Positions 46,028-56,677 are shown, counted from the stretch's first letter. The stretch is DNA of 64,000 bases from Spirochaetia bacterium (GCA_965198005.1 CBDAOI010000004.1:1024001-1088000); one strand, 5' to 3'. Notes: generated from the sequence alone by a model not told the origin. Numbers and translations are program-made.

Positions 46028-47383
46028 ATGCTCGAAGGGCTGACCGGGAAGATCGGCGACGTGGTACGCCACGTCTCCGGGAGAGCCCACGTTACCGAGA
46101 AGAACATCCAGGACGCGGTGCGCGAAATCAAGGTGGCGCTGCTCGAGGCGGACGTGAACCTGCGGGTGGTGCGTCGCTTCGTCAACCGCACCACCGAGGA
46201 TGCGCTCGGGGAACGCGTGCTGCGCGGGGTGTCACCCGGCGAGCAGTTCACCAAGATCCTGCTGGATCGCATGACCGAGTTGCTGGGCGGCACACGCGCC
46301 GAGCTGAGCCTGAAGGGCTCCGACGCGCTGTCGACCATTCTGCTGGTGGGTCTGCAGGGGTCGGGCAAGACCACCACGGCCGCGAAGCTGGCGCACCATC
46401 TGCGCGAACAGGGCAGGAAACCGATGTTGCTGGCGGCCGACCGGGTGCGGCCGGCGGCGATCGAGCAGCTCGGGCAGCTTGGCCGGGCGATCGGCGTGCC
46501 GGTCTTCAGCGGCCCCGGCGATGGCGGCGGCGGCGGCGATGCCGGTGACTCGGCCGTTGCCACGGTTGCCGCCGGCCTGCGCCAGGCTCGCTGGCTCGAG
46601 TGCGACGTGGCGATCATCGACAGCGCCGGCCGCCTGCAGGTGGATCAACAGCTCATGGCCGAGCTGCGTGCCATGCATCGCGCCGCCGCTCCGCAGGAGA
46701 CGCTGCTGGTGGCGGACGCCATGACCGGCCAGAGTGCGGTGGAGATCGCCGGCGAATTTGACCGCCAGGTGGGGCTGACCGGCGTTATATTGAGCAAGCT
46801 CGATTCCGATGCCCGCGGCGGTGCGGCGCTGTCGATCCGGGCCGTCACCGGCAAGCCGATCAAGTTCGCCGGCACCGGCGAGTCGCACACTGCCCTGGAG
46901 CCGTTTCATCCGGAGCGTATCGCTTCCCGGATTCTCGGCATGGGAGACGTCGTGGGACTGGTCGAGCAGGCGCAGGAAAGCTTCGACCAGGAGCGGGCGA
47001 CGCAGCTCGTCAAGAAGATGCAGCGGCGCACGTTCACCATCGCGGACTATCTCGACCAGTTGGCCGAGTTGCGCAAGATGGGCAGCCTGACCTCCCTGGT
47101 GGAGAAGCTCCCGGGCATGCAGGCGGCGGTAGCGTCGGGCGCGGTCAACGAGCAGGCGCTGGGCCGCGAGGAGGCGATCATGTGTTCGATGACCCCGGGT
47201 GAGCGTGCCAATCCGCGCATTCTGGGGCCCAGTCGGCGCAAGCGCGTGGCGCGTGGCAGCGGCACCTCCGTGGCGGAAGTGAACCGGTTGCTGAAGAAGT
47301 TCGACAAGCTGGCGCTGGCCATGAAGAAGATGACGCGGAACAGGAAGTATCAGGAGAAGATCCTCGCGCAGCTCGGCAGTTGA
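46028..47383 (+). CDS. ffh: Signal recognition particle protein
   Basis: ALLEADVN, GLQGSGKTT, DSAGR, KLDSDARGG, RILGMGD, M-domain SMTPGER. Confidence 0.97.
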   Translation: MLEGLTGKIGDVVRHVSGRAHVTEKNIQDAVREIKVALLEADVNLRVVRRFVNRTTEDALGERVLRGVSPGEQFTKILLDRMTELLGGTRAELSLKGSDALSTILLVGLQGSGKTTTAAKLAHHLREQGRKPMLLAADRVRPAAIEQLGQLGRAIGVPVFSGPGDGGGGGDAGDSAVATVAAGLRQARWLECDVAIIDSAGRLQVDQQLMAELRAMHRAAAPQETLLVADAMTGQSAVEIAGEFDRQVGLTGVILSKLDSDARGGAALSIRAVTGKPIKFAGTGESHTALEPFHPERIASRILGMGDVVGLVEQAQESFDQERATQLVKKMQRRTFTIADYLDQLAELRKMGSLTSLVEKLPGMQAAVASGAVNEQALGREEAIMCSMTPGERANPRILGPSRRKRVARGSGTSVAEVNRLLKKFDKLALAMKKMTRNRKYQEKILAQLGS

Positions 47384-47416
47384 GCCGCCGGCGCGCGCAC
47401 TTAGGGAGTAACTGAC

Positions 47417-47698
47417 GTGAGTGTCAAGATCCGTTTGAAGCGATTCGGGACGAGAAAACGTCCCTACTATAGAATTGTAGTGATGGACTCGAGGGCGCCG
47501 CGCGACGGCCGCGCCATCGAAGAGGTCGGACTGTATCACCCGATCGAACCGGATGACCGGCAGATCCGCCTCGACACGGAGCGGGTCAAGGCCTGGTTGC
47601 AGCGTGGCGCGCGGCCCAGTCCGACGGTTCGCCGACTCCTGAACAAGCAGGACGTGCACGTCACCAGCGACCAGGATGGGCCGAACGCGGCGCCGTAG
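47417..47698 (+). CDS. rpsP: 30S ribosomal protein S16
   Basis: [25 protein letters not shown]. Confidence 0.97.
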   Translation: MSVKIRLKRFGTRKRPYYRIVVMDSRAPRDGRAIEEVGLYHPIEPDDRQIRLDTERVKAWLQRGARPSPTVRRLLNKQDVHVTSDQDGPNAAP

Positions 47699-47718
47699 GC
47701 GGCGCCTGGGAGCAACTG

Positions 47719-47952
47719 GTGGAAAAGGACCTCGTGGAATTCATCGCCAAGGCGCTGGTGGACGAGCCTGAGGAAGTCACGGTGAACATGATCGAGGGTG
47801 AGAAGTCCACGATTTTCGAGTTGCGCGTCGCCTCCGGCGATCTGGGCAAGGTGATCGGCAGGCACGGCAGGATCGCCCGGTCGATCCGCACCATTCTCGG
47901 CGCGTCCGCGACCAAGACCGGCAAGCGCGTCGTGCTCGAGATTCTCGACTGA
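47719..47952 (+). CDS. khpA: KH-domain RNA-binding protein
   Basis: [24 protein letters not shown]; conserved position. Confidence 0.93.
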   Translation: MEKDLVEFIAKALVDEPEEVTVNMIEGEKSTIFELRVASGDLGKVIGRHGRIARSIRTILGASATKTGKRVVLEILD

Positions 47953-47976
47953 CCGTTCGCGGGCGAGTCACCGGAG

Positions 47977-48486
47977 ATGGTGCGGAAACTGGCCACGGCC
48001 ACGCTTGGCGCCCCGCACGGCGTCCACGGGTTTCAGGCGGTGCGCAGCCTGTCGGGTGAGACCGACCATCTGTTCCGGCTCACCGAGGTCGAGTTGCGCG
48101 ACCGCAGCGGCGCCCGGCGCCAGCACCGGACCGTCGCCGAGGTGCGCAGCGTCGGCGCCAAGATGATCCTGCGCTTCGCCGACGTGCAGGCACCGGAGCA
48201 GGCGCGCCAGTTCTCCGGCTGGGTGGTGTGGGTGCCGCGCGGGCAGGCCAGCGGGCTGGCTGCCGGGGAATACTACGTTGCCGATCTGTGCGGCTGCAGC
48301 GTATATCAATGCGGGCGGTCGCGGGGGGTGGTGTCCGATCTGATCGCGGCCGGCGGCGACGACGTGCTGGAAGTGACCGAGCCGACGGGGGCGACCTTCC
48401 TGGTGCCGTTCCGCGAGCGGTTCGTGCCGGGGGTGGACATCCTGGCGCGGCGGATCGACCTTGCGGACGAGTACGAGCGGCCGTGA
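47977..48486 (+). CDS. rimM: Ribosome maturation factor RimM
   Basis: PHGVHG, EYYVADLCG, LVPF; conserved position. Confidence 0.92.
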   Translation: MVRKLATATLGAPHGVHGFQAVRSLSGETDHLFRLTEVELRDRSGARRQHRTVAEVRSVGAKMILRFADVQAPEQARQFSGWVVWVPRGQASGLAAGEYYVADLCGCSVYQCGRSRGVVSDLIAAGGDDVLEVTEPTGATFLVPFRERFVPGVDILARRIDLADEYERP

Positions 48487-49190
48487 AGTTCACCGTGCTT
48501 ACGCTGTTTCCCGAGATCTTTACGGGATTCATCGATGCCACTATCCTCGGTCGCGCACGGCGCGAGCGCAAAGTCGCGATCGAGCTGGTGCAGCTCCGCG
48601 AGTTCGCCACGGACCGGCACCGCACGTGCGACGACTACCCGTACGGCGGCGGTCCCGGCATGGTGCTGCGCCCGGAGCCGCTGGCGGCGGCGTTGAACGC
48701 GCTGTGGACGGAGGGGCAGTGGACCGTGTGTCTGTCCCCCGCCGGACGCCTGCTCAATCAGGCCGTGGTGGAGGAGTATGCGCGGCGGGAGTCGATCCTG
48801 CTGATCGCCGGGCGGTACGAAGGGATCGACCAGCGGATCATCGATCGCTACGTGGACGAGGAACTTTCGATCGGAGACTACGTCCTCGGCGGCGGTGAGG
48901 TGGCGGCGATGGTGGTAATGGAGACGGTGAGCCGGATGGTGCACGGTGTGATCAACCGCGCCTCTCTCAAGGACGAGAGTTTCGTCGGCGATCTGCTCGA
49001 GTACCCGCACTACACCCGGCCCGAGCTGTTCGAAGGGCAGCGCGTGCCGGAAGTGCTGCTGTCCGGGAACCACGCGCGGATTGCGGCCTGGCGGCGCGAA
49101 CAGAGCGTGCTCAAGACCCGGCGCTATCGGCCGGAGCTGCTCGCCCGGCGCGAAGCGCGCGGAGGAGACATGGAGGAACGAGATGAGTGA
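48483..49190 (+). CDS. trmD: tRNA (guanine-N1)-methyltransferase
   Basis: [43 protein letters not shown]. Confidence 0.97.
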   Translation: MKFTVLTLFPEIFTGFIDATILGRARRERKVAIELVQLREFATDRHRTCDDYPYGGGPGMVLRPEPLAAALNALWTEGQWTVCLSPAGRLLNQAVVEEYARRESILLIAGRYEGIDQRIIDRYVDEELSIGDYVLGGGEVAAMVVMETVSRMVHGVINRASLKDESFVGDLLEYPHYTRPELFEGQRVPEVLLSGNHARIAAWRREQSVLKTRRYRPELLARREARGGDMEERDE

Positions 49191-49542
49191 CCAGGTGATT
49201 CGCGCGGTCGGACGCCCTCAGGAACGGGACGACCCCACGCCGTTCCGGGTGGGAGATACGGTCCGCATTCACTACAAGATCATTGAAGGGAAGACCGAAC
49301 GGGTCCAGGTGTACGCCGGTATCTGCATTGCGTTCCATGGCAAGGGACTTACCCGGACCTGCACCGTACGCAAGATCTCCTATGGCGTGGGGGTCGAGCG
49401 CGTGTTTCCGGTCCACAGCCCCAAGATCGTGCGGGTGGAGGTGGTCCGCCGCGGCCGCGTGCGGCGCGCCAAGCTGTACTATCTCCGGAACCGCGTCGGC
49501 AAGGCGGCGAAGGTCAAGGAGTTGCTCGGCAGCCGCGGTTGA
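49183..49542 (+). CDS. rplS: 50S ribosomal protein L19
   Basis: [28 protein letters not shown]. Confidence 0.97.
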   Translation: MSDQVIRAVGRPQERDDPTPFRVGDTVRIHYKIIEGKTERVQVYAGICIAFHGKGLTRTCTVRKISYGVGVERVFPVHSPKIVRVEVVRRGRVRRAKLYYLRNRVGKAAKVKELLGSRG

Positions 49543-49764
49543 GCCGGCGCCCCGGCGGGGTGGCGCGCGGTCCGGCCGACAATGCTGAACTCGACCGCGA
49601 AGTTTGACGATAGATAAATAGTGGGCGGCGGCTGCGCGGAAAGGGGGGGGCGCGCTGGTTGTTCGGCCGCACGCACTATCGTGACTGGCATTACTGAGAC
49701 TGGCCGTGTGGTCGAAGCGCCGCGCAATCACGGGACGTTAAGGTTGGGCGGGGGTATCGGGGAG

Positions 49765-50124
49765 ATGACGCGGAGCGCCGCGCGGCGCGGACCACTGGGC
49801 GAAGCGGCCGCCGCCGCATACTTGCGCGGCTTGGGCTATGTCGTCCTGGAGCGTAACGTGCGCACGCGGCGCGGCGAGGTAGACTTGGTCGTGAGCCGTG
49901 GCGACGACCTCGTGTTCGTAGAGGTCAAGTCCTGGCGGTCCCTGCCCAGTGCCGGGCTGGAGCACTCGATCAACCGCCGCAAGCAGCTCCGCATCGCCGG
50001 CGTGGCCCGTACCTACGTGGCGCGCAACTACCCCCGCTACGCTGCGATGCACCAGCGCTTCGACATCATCCTGGTACGCGACGGCGGCGTTGCGCTGCAC
50101 CTGCCGGGGGCGTTCGAGCTGTGA
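49765..50124 (+). CDS. yraN: YraN-family (UPF0102) endonuclease-like protein
   Basis: GEAAAAAYL..ERN..GEVDLV..VFVEVK..RFD. Confidence 0.9.
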   Translation: MTRSAARRGPLGEAAAAAYLRGLGYVVLERNVRTRRGEVDLVVSRGDDLVFVEVKSWRSLPSAGLEHSINRRKQLRIAGVARTYVARNYPRYAAMHQRFDIILVRDGGVALHLPGAFEL

Positions 50125-50297
50125 ACACGGACGAACGCCGGCGCCGTCTCGCGGCGTTGAAACGGAAGATCCACAGCGAAGCCTACCTGAGACACGCGGT
50201 GGCGCACCTGACCGCCGGTCGGCTGGACGACCTCGTGCGGGCCGTGCTCGGCCGGCCGCGCCCGGATGGGAGACCGTCGCGCGGTGCGTCCAATTGA
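50121..50297 (+). CDS. Small hypothetical protein (58 aa, below the ORF-track cutoff)
   Basis: GTG overlaps the yraN stop (GTGA); MNTDERRRRLAALKRKIHSEAYLRHAVAHL... Confidence 0.55.
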   Translation: MNTDERRRRLAALKRKIHSEAYLRHAVAHLTAGRLDDLVRAVLGRPRPDGRPSRGASN

Positions 50298-50348
50298 CCG
50301 GCTCCAAGCCTTTACTTTCAGGGCGCGGCCGGTGAACACTGATGCGCG

Positions 50349-50861
50349 GTGCGAGCGGTGAGCAAACAGCGACAGCGGGACGAACAGCGGGAGCCTGCAC
50401 CCGCGTCCGGCCGGGGGCGACGCCGGTCCCGGCGGCGCCGCTCCGAAGCCGCACCCCGGGGGGAGGCGCCGCCGGCCGCGGCCGCCGACCCGCCCGCGCC
50501 GGTCCCGCGGTGCCCGCTCTGTGACCAGGCGGTGCGGGTGCTGCATACCGCGATTGCCTACGGTGACGAGGAGGCGCCCGCACACTTCGACTGTGTCCTG
50601 GAGCTGCTTGGCGAACGCGAGCGGCTGGCACCGGGCGAACGGGTATGCTACCTGGGCAGTGGCAGCTTCGGCATCGTGCAGCTTCCGGACCACGGCGGCC
50701 CGTCCGACGGCTCCGGGCCGAGCGGGGGGCTGGTGGTGCGCAAGCGAATCCCGTTCGAGAGCAATGACCCGCCACCCGTCTGGCGTCACGAACTTCGCCA
50801 CAATGTGTTCGCACGCCCCGGCAAGCCCCGCGGCTCCGGCCGCAGTCAGGTGGACGGGTAG
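50349..50861 (+). CDS. Hypothetical zinc-finger-like protein
   Basis: CPLC..AHFDC, CYLGSGSFGIV, RKRIPFE. Confidence 0.7.
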   Translation: MRAVSKQRQRDEQREPAPASGRGRRRSRRRRSEAAPRGEAPPAAAADPPAPVPRCPLCDQAVRVLHTAIAYGDEEAPAHFDCVLELLGERERLAPGERVCYLGSGSFGIVQLPDHGGPSDGSGPSGGLVVRKRIPFESNDPPPVWRHELRHNVFARPGKPRGSGRSQVDG

Positions 50862-50873
50862 GTTGGCCGTGCC

Positions 50874-51350
50874 ATGCAGGTAATCTTTCCCGGTACCTTC
50901 GACCCCCCCACCAACGGTCACCTGGATCTGATGCGGCGCGCCGCGCGGCTGTTCGAACGGGTGGTGGTGGTGATAGCCGTCAATCCACACAAGGAGGCTC
51001 TGTTCAGCGCGGAGGAGCGGGTACGCATGGTGCGGGAGCTGGCGAAGGACCTCCCCAACACCGAGGTCCGGTCCTGGCGGGGGCTGGTCGTGGACTTCGC
51101 CGAGCGGGCGGGAATCCGCACGCTGCTGCGCGGCGTGCGCGCCCTCTCCGACTTCGAGTACGAGTTCGAGCTGTCGATGATGAACCGCGCGCTGCGGCCC
51201 AGTATCGAGACCATGTTCATGCCCACCGACCAGAAGTACTTCGTGTTGCGGTCGTCGGCCATCAAGGAGGTGGCGCGCATCGGCGGAGACATCCGCAAGA
51301 TGGTCCCGGAAGTCGTCGCGCGGGCGCTGGTGGACAAACTGGGTACTTGA
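50874..51350 (+). CDS. coaD: Phosphopantetheine adenylyltransferase
   Basis: FPGTFDPPTNGH, RGVR..DFEYE, SSAIKEVA. Confidence 0.97.
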   Translation: MQVIFPGTFDPPTNGHLDLMRRAARLFERVVVVIAVNPHKEALFSAEERVRMVRELAKDLPNTEVRSWRGLVVDFAERAGIRTLLRGVRALSDFEYEFELSMMNRALRPSIETMFMPTDQKYFVLRSSAIKEVARIGGDIRKMVPEVVARALVDKLGT

Positions 51351-51476
51351 CGCGGCCGCGTGCGCTTGACTACCTTGTGCGTCAGCTTGGCCGCGGGTCT
51401 GCCCCACCGGGGAGTCCGCGGCGGTCTGCGAATACAACTCGAGCGTCGTACCAGGCGCCCAACTGGGATTTAGGAA

Positions 51477-51671
51477 ATGGCGTCCATAGGGCCAAGGCGG
51501 AAACATTCCAAGGCACGGACCCGCCGCAGGCGTGCAGTGAGCATGAGTATTTCGCTTCCAAACGTAGTAGTATGCCCGAATTGCGGTGGCCGCACGGTTA
51601 AGCACCGGGTCTGCCGTAGCTGTGGGCACTACCGCGGGCGTCAGGTGCTGAGACCGGACGAGTTGGCGTAG
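51477..51671 (+). CDS. rpmF: 50S ribosomal protein L32
   Basis: PRRKHSKAR..CPNCG..HRVCRSCGHY. Confidence 0.93.
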   Translation: MASIGPRRKHSKARTRRRRAVSMSISLPNVVVCPNCGGRTVKHRVCRSCGHYRGRQVLRPDELA

Positions 51672-51696
51672 CCCCAGGAGAACGGAGGTCATTTCG

Positions 51697-51942
51697 ATGG
51701 ACGAACAGTTGTTCGACAGGCTGAAGAAACTCATTGCCGACCGACTTGAGATCGAGGAAAGCAAGATCACCCTCGAGTCGTCGTTTCGCCAGGATCTCGG
51801 GGCGGACAGCCTGGACACGTACGAGCTGGTGTACGCCATCGAGGAAGAGTTGGGCATCGCCATTCCGGACGAGAAGGCCAACGAGTTCGAGACGGTCAAG
51901 GACGCCCTCACCTACATCGAGTCTCAGGTCAGCAACAAGTAA
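51697..51942 (+). CDS. acpP: Acyl carrier protein
   Basis: DLGADSLD motif, acidic 81 aa. Confidence 0.97.
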   Translation: MDEQLFDRLKKLIADRLEIEESKITLESSFRQDLGADSLDTYELVYAIEEELGIAIPDEKANEFETVKDALTYIESQVSNK

Positions 51943-51972
51943 GCGGCAGATGGCGCGCCGTACGCCGGGATA

Positions 51973-52863
51973 ATGCATCTCATCGACCGGCGCGGCCTTC
52001 GTCTGCCGCGCGAATGCGCCCCGCGTGCCGACCGGTCCCGGCGCACGGCGTTACGGCATCTCGAACGCCGCGCCGGGATCCGGTTCCGGGACCACGACCT
52101 GCTCAATCTGGCCTTCTGTCACCGTTCCTATGCCCATGAGGCGCGGTCGGAAGGGCCCGATCGGACCGTCGCGAACAACGAGAAACTGGAGTTTCTCGGG
52201 GACGCGGTACTCGGACTGGTGACCAGCGCGGAGTTGTACGCCATGGCCGGGCCGCGGCCGGAGGGGGAGCTCGCGCGCATCAAGTCATTCGTGGTGAGCG
52301 AACAGACCCTGTACGAGTGGGCGGTGCGGCTCGGCTTGCGCGAGTACCTCCTGATCGGCCGCGGCGAGGAGCTCTCCGGCGGCCGCGACAAGAAAGCGAT
52401 TCTGGCCGACGCGATGGAAGCGATCATCGGCGCCTACTACGTCGACTCCGGCCTGCCTGCCGCGCAGAGCTTCGTGCGGCGCCATCTCCAGCCCGAAATC
52501 CGCCGCGTGCTCAGCAATACCCATCGCCAGGACTTCAAGACGTTGCTGCAGCAACTGGTGCAGCGCCGCTACCGCTCCTATCCGCGCTACCGGCTGGTCG
52601 ACCAGGCCGGTCCCGATCACGACCGCACGTTCCGCATCGAGGTCCACGTGAACGGAGCCCGGTACGGGCCGGGCACGGGCAAGACCAAGAAGGAGGCGGA
52701 GCAGGCCGCCGCCGGCTGCGCCTTCGCCGCGTTGACCGGGCCGGGCCGGGACCCCGAGGGCGTCCCGGAGGTCGTCCCGCCGCCGGCGGCGGCGACCGTC
52801 AGCGTTCGAGACGCGCGCGGTGGAAATTCCGGGCGATCGTCAGCAGCGAGTCGCGGCGGTTGA
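51973..52863 (+). CDS. rnc: Ribonuclease III
   Basis: NEKLEFLGDAVL, ADAMEAIIGA, dsRBD DFKTLLQ..GPDHDRTF..KKEAEQ. Confidence 0.97.
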   Translation: MHLIDRRGLRLPRECAPRADRSRRTALRHLERRAGIRFRDHDLLNLAFCHRSYAHEARSEGPDRTVANNEKLEFLGDAVLGLVTSAELYAMAGPRPEGELARIKSFVVSEQTLYEWAVRLGLREYLLIGRGEELSGGRDKKAILADAMEAIIGAYYVDSGLPAAQSFVRRHLQPEIRRVLSNTHRQDFKTLLQQLVQRRYRSYPRYRLVDQAGPDHDRTFRIEVHVNGARYGPGTGKTKKEAEQAAAGCAFAALTGPGRDPEGVPEVVPPPAAATVSVRDARGGNSGRSSAASRGG

Positions 52864-54151
52864 GGCCGGGGTCGTCCAGCACGGTCTCCAGGAGCTGGCG
52901 GAGCAGGATCCCCACGATCGGTCCCGGCGCGAGCTGGAGCTCGTCCATCAGGTCGCGACCGCCGACGGCAAGATCGCGCACGGTGAACGCCGGTTGCCGC
53001 GCCAGCACCGCGCCGATCCGCTGCTCGAACTCGATCAGGTTGGTGGAGATGGCCCGCTCGCGGCAACGCCCGATCTGATCCGCACGGCGCAGCGACAGCA
53101 GCCGGTCCACCTCGTTCCGTCCGACGCGGGCGACGAACCGGCGTACCGCGGCGTCCGACCAGCTCGCGTCGTAGTTGAACATGTGGTGCGCCACCAGGTG
53201 GGACACGCGATCCCGGAGCGCGTGCGGGAAGCGCAGGCGGTCCAGAATCTGCCGCGTGAGCCGGGTCGACACCCGTTCATGCCGGTGGAACGACAGGGAG
53301 CCGTCGGCCGCGCGGGCCGCGGAGGCGGGCTTGCCGACGTCATGCAGCAGCCCCGCCAGGCGCAGCTCCAGATCCGGCGCGCTGGCGTCACAGGTGGCCA
53401 GCGCATGCGTGAACACGTCGAAACAGTGCCGCTCGGGCTGCTCGACTCCCACGCAGCGGTGCAGCTCCGGGAGCACCAGCTCCATCAGCCCGGTTTCTTC
53501 CATCAGGGAGAGGCCGGTGGACGGAACGGGCGCGAGCAGAATCGCCTCCAGCTCGACCCGGATGCGCTCGGCCGATACCCGGCGCACGGTGTCCAGCGCG
53601 CCGGGGATCGCGTCCAGGGTGGCTCCGTGTACGCCGAAGCCGAGCTGCGCGGCGAACCGGCACAGACGTAGCGGCCGCAGTCCATCCTCGGCAAACCGCT
53701 CCGCGGGCGCGCCGATGGCGCGGATCAGCTCGCGCGCCAGATCGCCGCGCCCGTCGTACGGGTCCACCAGACGGCCGCTCAGGAGATCGAGCGCTATGGC
53801 GTTGATCGTAAAGTCGCGCCGGCCGAGGTCCTGTTCGATGGTGCCGCCGAACGTGACCTGGTCGGGATGGCGGCCGTCGCCGTAGCTCGACTCGCTGCGG
53901 AAGGTGGTGACCTCGATGCGGTGACCGTCCCAGACCACGGTCACCGTGCCGTGCCGCAGCCCCGTGGGGATGGTGCGCCGGTACCAGGCGCGCACCTGTT
54001 CCGGCCGGGCGTCGGTAGCGACGTCGTAGTCGCCCCCGTTGCGCCGCATGAGCAGGTCGCGCACGGCGCCGCCGACCAGCCAGCATTGGCGGTCATGCTC
54101 GGCGAGTACGCGGGCGAACCGTTGCATGACCCGCGGGGCGGTCATGGCCAT
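52799..54151 (-). CDS. cca: CCA tRNA nucleotidyltransferase with HD domain
   Basis: VGGAVRD..DYDVAT, EVTTFR, RRDFTINA, EDGLR, LLHDVGK. Confidence 0.92.
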   Translation of the reverse strand: MAMTAPRVMQRFARVLAEHDRQCWLVGGAVRDLLMRRNGGDYDVATDARPEQVRAWYRRTIPTGLRHGTVTVVWDGHRIEVTTFRSESSYGDGRHPDQVTFGGTIEQDLGRRDFTINAIALDLLSGRLVDPYDGRGDLARELIRAIGAPAERFAEDGLRPLRLCRFAAQLGFGVHGATLDAIPGALDTVRRVSAERIRVELEAILLAPVPSTGLSLMEETGLMELVLPELHRCVGVEQPERHCFDVFTHALATCDASAPDLELRLAGLLHDVGKPASAARAADGSLSFHRHERVSTRLTRQILDRLRFPHALRDRVSHLVAHHMFNYDASWSDAAVRRFVARVGRNEVDRLLSLRRADQIGRCRERAISTNLIEFEQRIGAVLARQPAFTVRDLAVGGRDLMDELQLAPGPIVGILLRQLLETVLDDPGLNRRDSLLTIARNFHRARLER

Positions 54152-54309
54152 GGTTGCAATGTATCACCGGCGGCCCCGGCGCGGGACACGCGTCCTCGCG
54201 CCGCTGGGCGGCCGGCCCCCTCCGCCCCCGGTTCCGGTTGTGCCTGCGCTCAGCGGCGCGCTACATTGGTTCCGTGGGTCGTGTAGTGGCTGGTAGCGGG
54301 CTCGGGCGG

Positions 54310-54960
54310 ATGACCACCGGCCTGCTGCTGATCGGTGGCGAGGGGCCGCGCCGCGACGTGGTGGCGCCGTTCCTGCCCGCCGTCGGGCCGGTGGTGGCGG
54401 CGGACAGCGGCTTCGATCTGGCGCTGAGCCTGGGCATTCACCCCAACCGCGTGGTAGGGGATCTCGATTCGGTACGGGATCGCCGTGCGCTGGCGGCATT
54501 CCCCGCGGCGCGGATCGAGCACGCTCCCGCGGCCAAGGATCAGACGGATGCGGAACTCGGTCTGGACACCCTGGCCCGGCTCGGTTGCCGGCGCGTGATC
54601 GTGGCGGGCGGCGGCGGCGGCCGCGTCGATCATTTGCTCGGCGTGCTCGGACTGTTTCAGCGCGACCGCCGGCCGCGGGTGTGGCTCACCGCGGCGGAGC
54701 ACATGGAGGTGATCGAGGACCGCGCACGCTTCGCCGGGCACCGCAACTGCACCGTGTCGCTGTTCCCGCTCACCGCAGTCGCGGACGGGCTCCGTTCGGT
54801 CGGCCTGCGTTGGCCGCTGGACGGCATTCGCCTGCGGCGCGGCTACGCCAGCCTGAGCAACGTGGTGGTGGCCGATCGCTGGGAGGTGTCCGTGCGTACC
54901 GGACGGCTGCTGATGGTCCGCAACCTGGCGCCGCTGCCGATCCCGCCGGAGGGCGGCTAG
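54310..54960 (+). CDS. thiN: Thiamine pyrophosphokinase
   Basis: AADSG, VGDLDS, KDQTD, GGRVDH, GLRWPL, SN. Confidence 0.92.
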   Translation: MTTGLLLIGGEGPRRDVVAPFLPAVGPVVAADSGFDLALSLGIHPNRVVGDLDSVRDRRALAAFPAARIEHAPAAKDQTDAELGLDTLARLGCRRVIVAGGGGGRVDHLLGVLGLFQRDRRPRVWLTAAEHMEVIEDRARFAGHRNCTVSLFPLTAVADGLRSVGLRWPLDGIRLRRGYASLSNVVVADRWEVSVRTGRLLMVRNLAPLPIPPEGG

Positions 54961-54991
54961 CGACGCCGACAGGCGGCGGTTTGGCGGGCTA

Positions 54992-55843
54992 CTAGCGGCC
55001 GGTGGGAGCGGGCAGTGCCACCGCGGCGTCGAGCAGACCGCCGACGTTCGCCGCTGCCGGCAATGCCAGGAACTCGAGGAGCATTGGATATTGTTCGAAC
55101 ACCGCGCCATATTCACGCAGCGCGGCCAGCGCGTCGCGCTGCGCTTGGCGCTCGGCCAGGCCCGACTCGCGCTGGTATGCAAGCGCGGCCACGGCTGCCC
55201 GGCGCGCCGCATCCTGCGCCTCCAGCAGGGCGAAGTAGGCGGCGCGCGCCCGTTCGTACAGTTCGAGGTCCGGGAGGCGCACCTCGGCGAACCGCAGCGC
55301 TGCCAGCTCGATCTCCGGGAACCGGCTGCCGAGCGCGGCGGCGATCTCGGCCTCCAGCGCGGTCAGGTCCAGCAGCGCGGCCGCCGGCTGCTGCTGCAGC
55401 AGCTCGCGCGCGGCCTGCGCCACGGTGTCGGCCATGCGCGCGCTCCACGCGGGCAGGCTGTCCGGGGTCAGGGCCTGCGCCTCCATCAGCGCGGGCAGCG
55501 CTTCGGGACGCACCGTGAGGGTGGTGACGATCGCGACCTCGAAGCGGAACTCGGCGGGGGTGGGCAGCACCGTGGCCAGGGCCGCGGCCGACGGCAACTC
55601 GCCGCTGCTGCGCGTGGTGGCCGTGTACGGCTGCAGCTCGAACATGAATAACGTCACGTTGGTGGGTATGACCCGTTCCCAATGCCACGAGAACGTGCCC
55701 GGCCGGATGACCTCGGGGCGGTACCCGCTGGTCTTCGAGAACAGCACCGCGTACGTGGCGGGAGGCAGCAGAATCTGGATCCAGCCTGCGACGAACACCG
55801 CCGCGGCGGCCCCCAGCAACAGAATGCCCAGCAGCGCCTTCAT
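54992..55843 (-). CDS. Membrane-anchored hypothetical protein (SPFH-like)
   Basis: N-terminal TM, GWIQ..SKTSGY..WHWERVIPTN, C-terminal helical region PDLELY. Confidence 0.7.
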   Translation of the reverse strand: MKALLGILLLGAAAAVFVAGWIQILLPPATYAVLFSKTSGYRPEVIRPGTFSWHWERVIPTNVTLFMFELQPYTATTRSSGELPSAAALATVLPTPAEFRFEVAIVTTLTVRPEALPALMEAQALTPDSLPAWSARMADTVAQAARELLQQQPAAALLDLTALEAEIAAALGSRFPEIELAALRFAEVRLPDLELYERARAAYFALLEAQDAARRAAVAALAYQRESGLAERQAQRDALAALREYGAVFEQYPMLLEFLALPAAANVGGLLDAAVALPAPTGR

Positions 55844-55864
55844 ACCGTCAGTATTGAGCAATCG

Positions 55865-56224
55865 GTGAACGCGGTGCAACTGTGGCGCGTCGACCTGCAG
55901 CAGATGGGTACGGTGCTCGGCGAGCTCAGCGGCCGCGCGTTCTGGTACTGCTTCACCCACATGTCGCTGTTCCTGGCGCTCTACCTGCTGGGCAACCTGC
56001 AGGAGTTTCTCGACGGCACCCAGCTCGTCCTGCTGCGCCTGACCGAGTTGGCGGCGGTCGCCACCACCGCCGCCGGGGTGTACCGCATGGCCTACACCCT
56101 GTTCCGCGCGCTCACTACCGAGCTGGTGCCGCTGGTGCAGTTCGTCGCCACCGTGGTGGCGACCCTGGCGGCCGCCGTGGTCCTGCTGCTGTCCACGTTC
56201 CTGCTGACCTGGTTCCAACTTTGA
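55865..56224 (+). CDS. Small hypothetical membrane protein
   Basis: Three hydrophobic segments; LYLLGNLQEFLD. Confidence 0.6.
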   Translation: MNAVQLWRVDLQQMGTVLGELSGRAFWYCFTHMSLFLALYLLGNLQEFLDGTQLVLLRLTELAAVATTAAGVYRMAYTLFRALTTELVPLVQFVATVVATLAAAVVLLLSTFLLTWFQL

Positions 56225-56308
56225 TGACGGCGCGGCACCATCCGCGGTATAATCGAGCCACATGGTCCCTTGGCGTCGGACACGGCGGTCGTGCAGGTCC
56301 CGGGGAGA

Positions 56309-56677
56309 ATGGTAAGCGCGGTGCGCGGCGCCATCGCGGTGCGCGCCAACGAGCGGCATGCGATTCATGCCGCGGCGGTCAAGCTGGCGCACGAGATCAT
56401 GCGGCGCAACCGGATCGAGCTGACGGATATCGTATCCGTCATCTGCTCGCTGACGGTGGACCTTACGGCGGGCAACCCGGCGACCGCTCTGCGGCTTGAC
56501 CGGTACGGCGAGGTGCCGTTGTTCTGCGTGCAGGAAGCCGCGGTGGAGGGCGGGCTGCCGCGCATCGTGCGCCTGCTCGTGACCTACCGGACGCGCGCCG
56601 GCACACGGCCCCAGCCGGTATATCTGGATGGCGCCGAGCGCCTCCGCTCCGACCTGGCCGCACCAGCGCCACCTTAG
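56309..56677 (+). CDS. aroH: Chorismate mutase, AroH class
   Basis: AVRGAI, TVDL..NPATALR, VPLFC..E..V..LPRIVRLL, VYLDGA..LR.DL. Confidence 0.9.
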   Translation: MVSAVRGAIAVRANERHAIHAAAVKLAHEIMRRNRIELTDIVSVICSLTVDLTAGNPATALRLDRYGEVPLFCVQEAAVEGGLPRIVRLLVTYRTRAGTRPQPVYLDGAERLRSDLAAPAPP

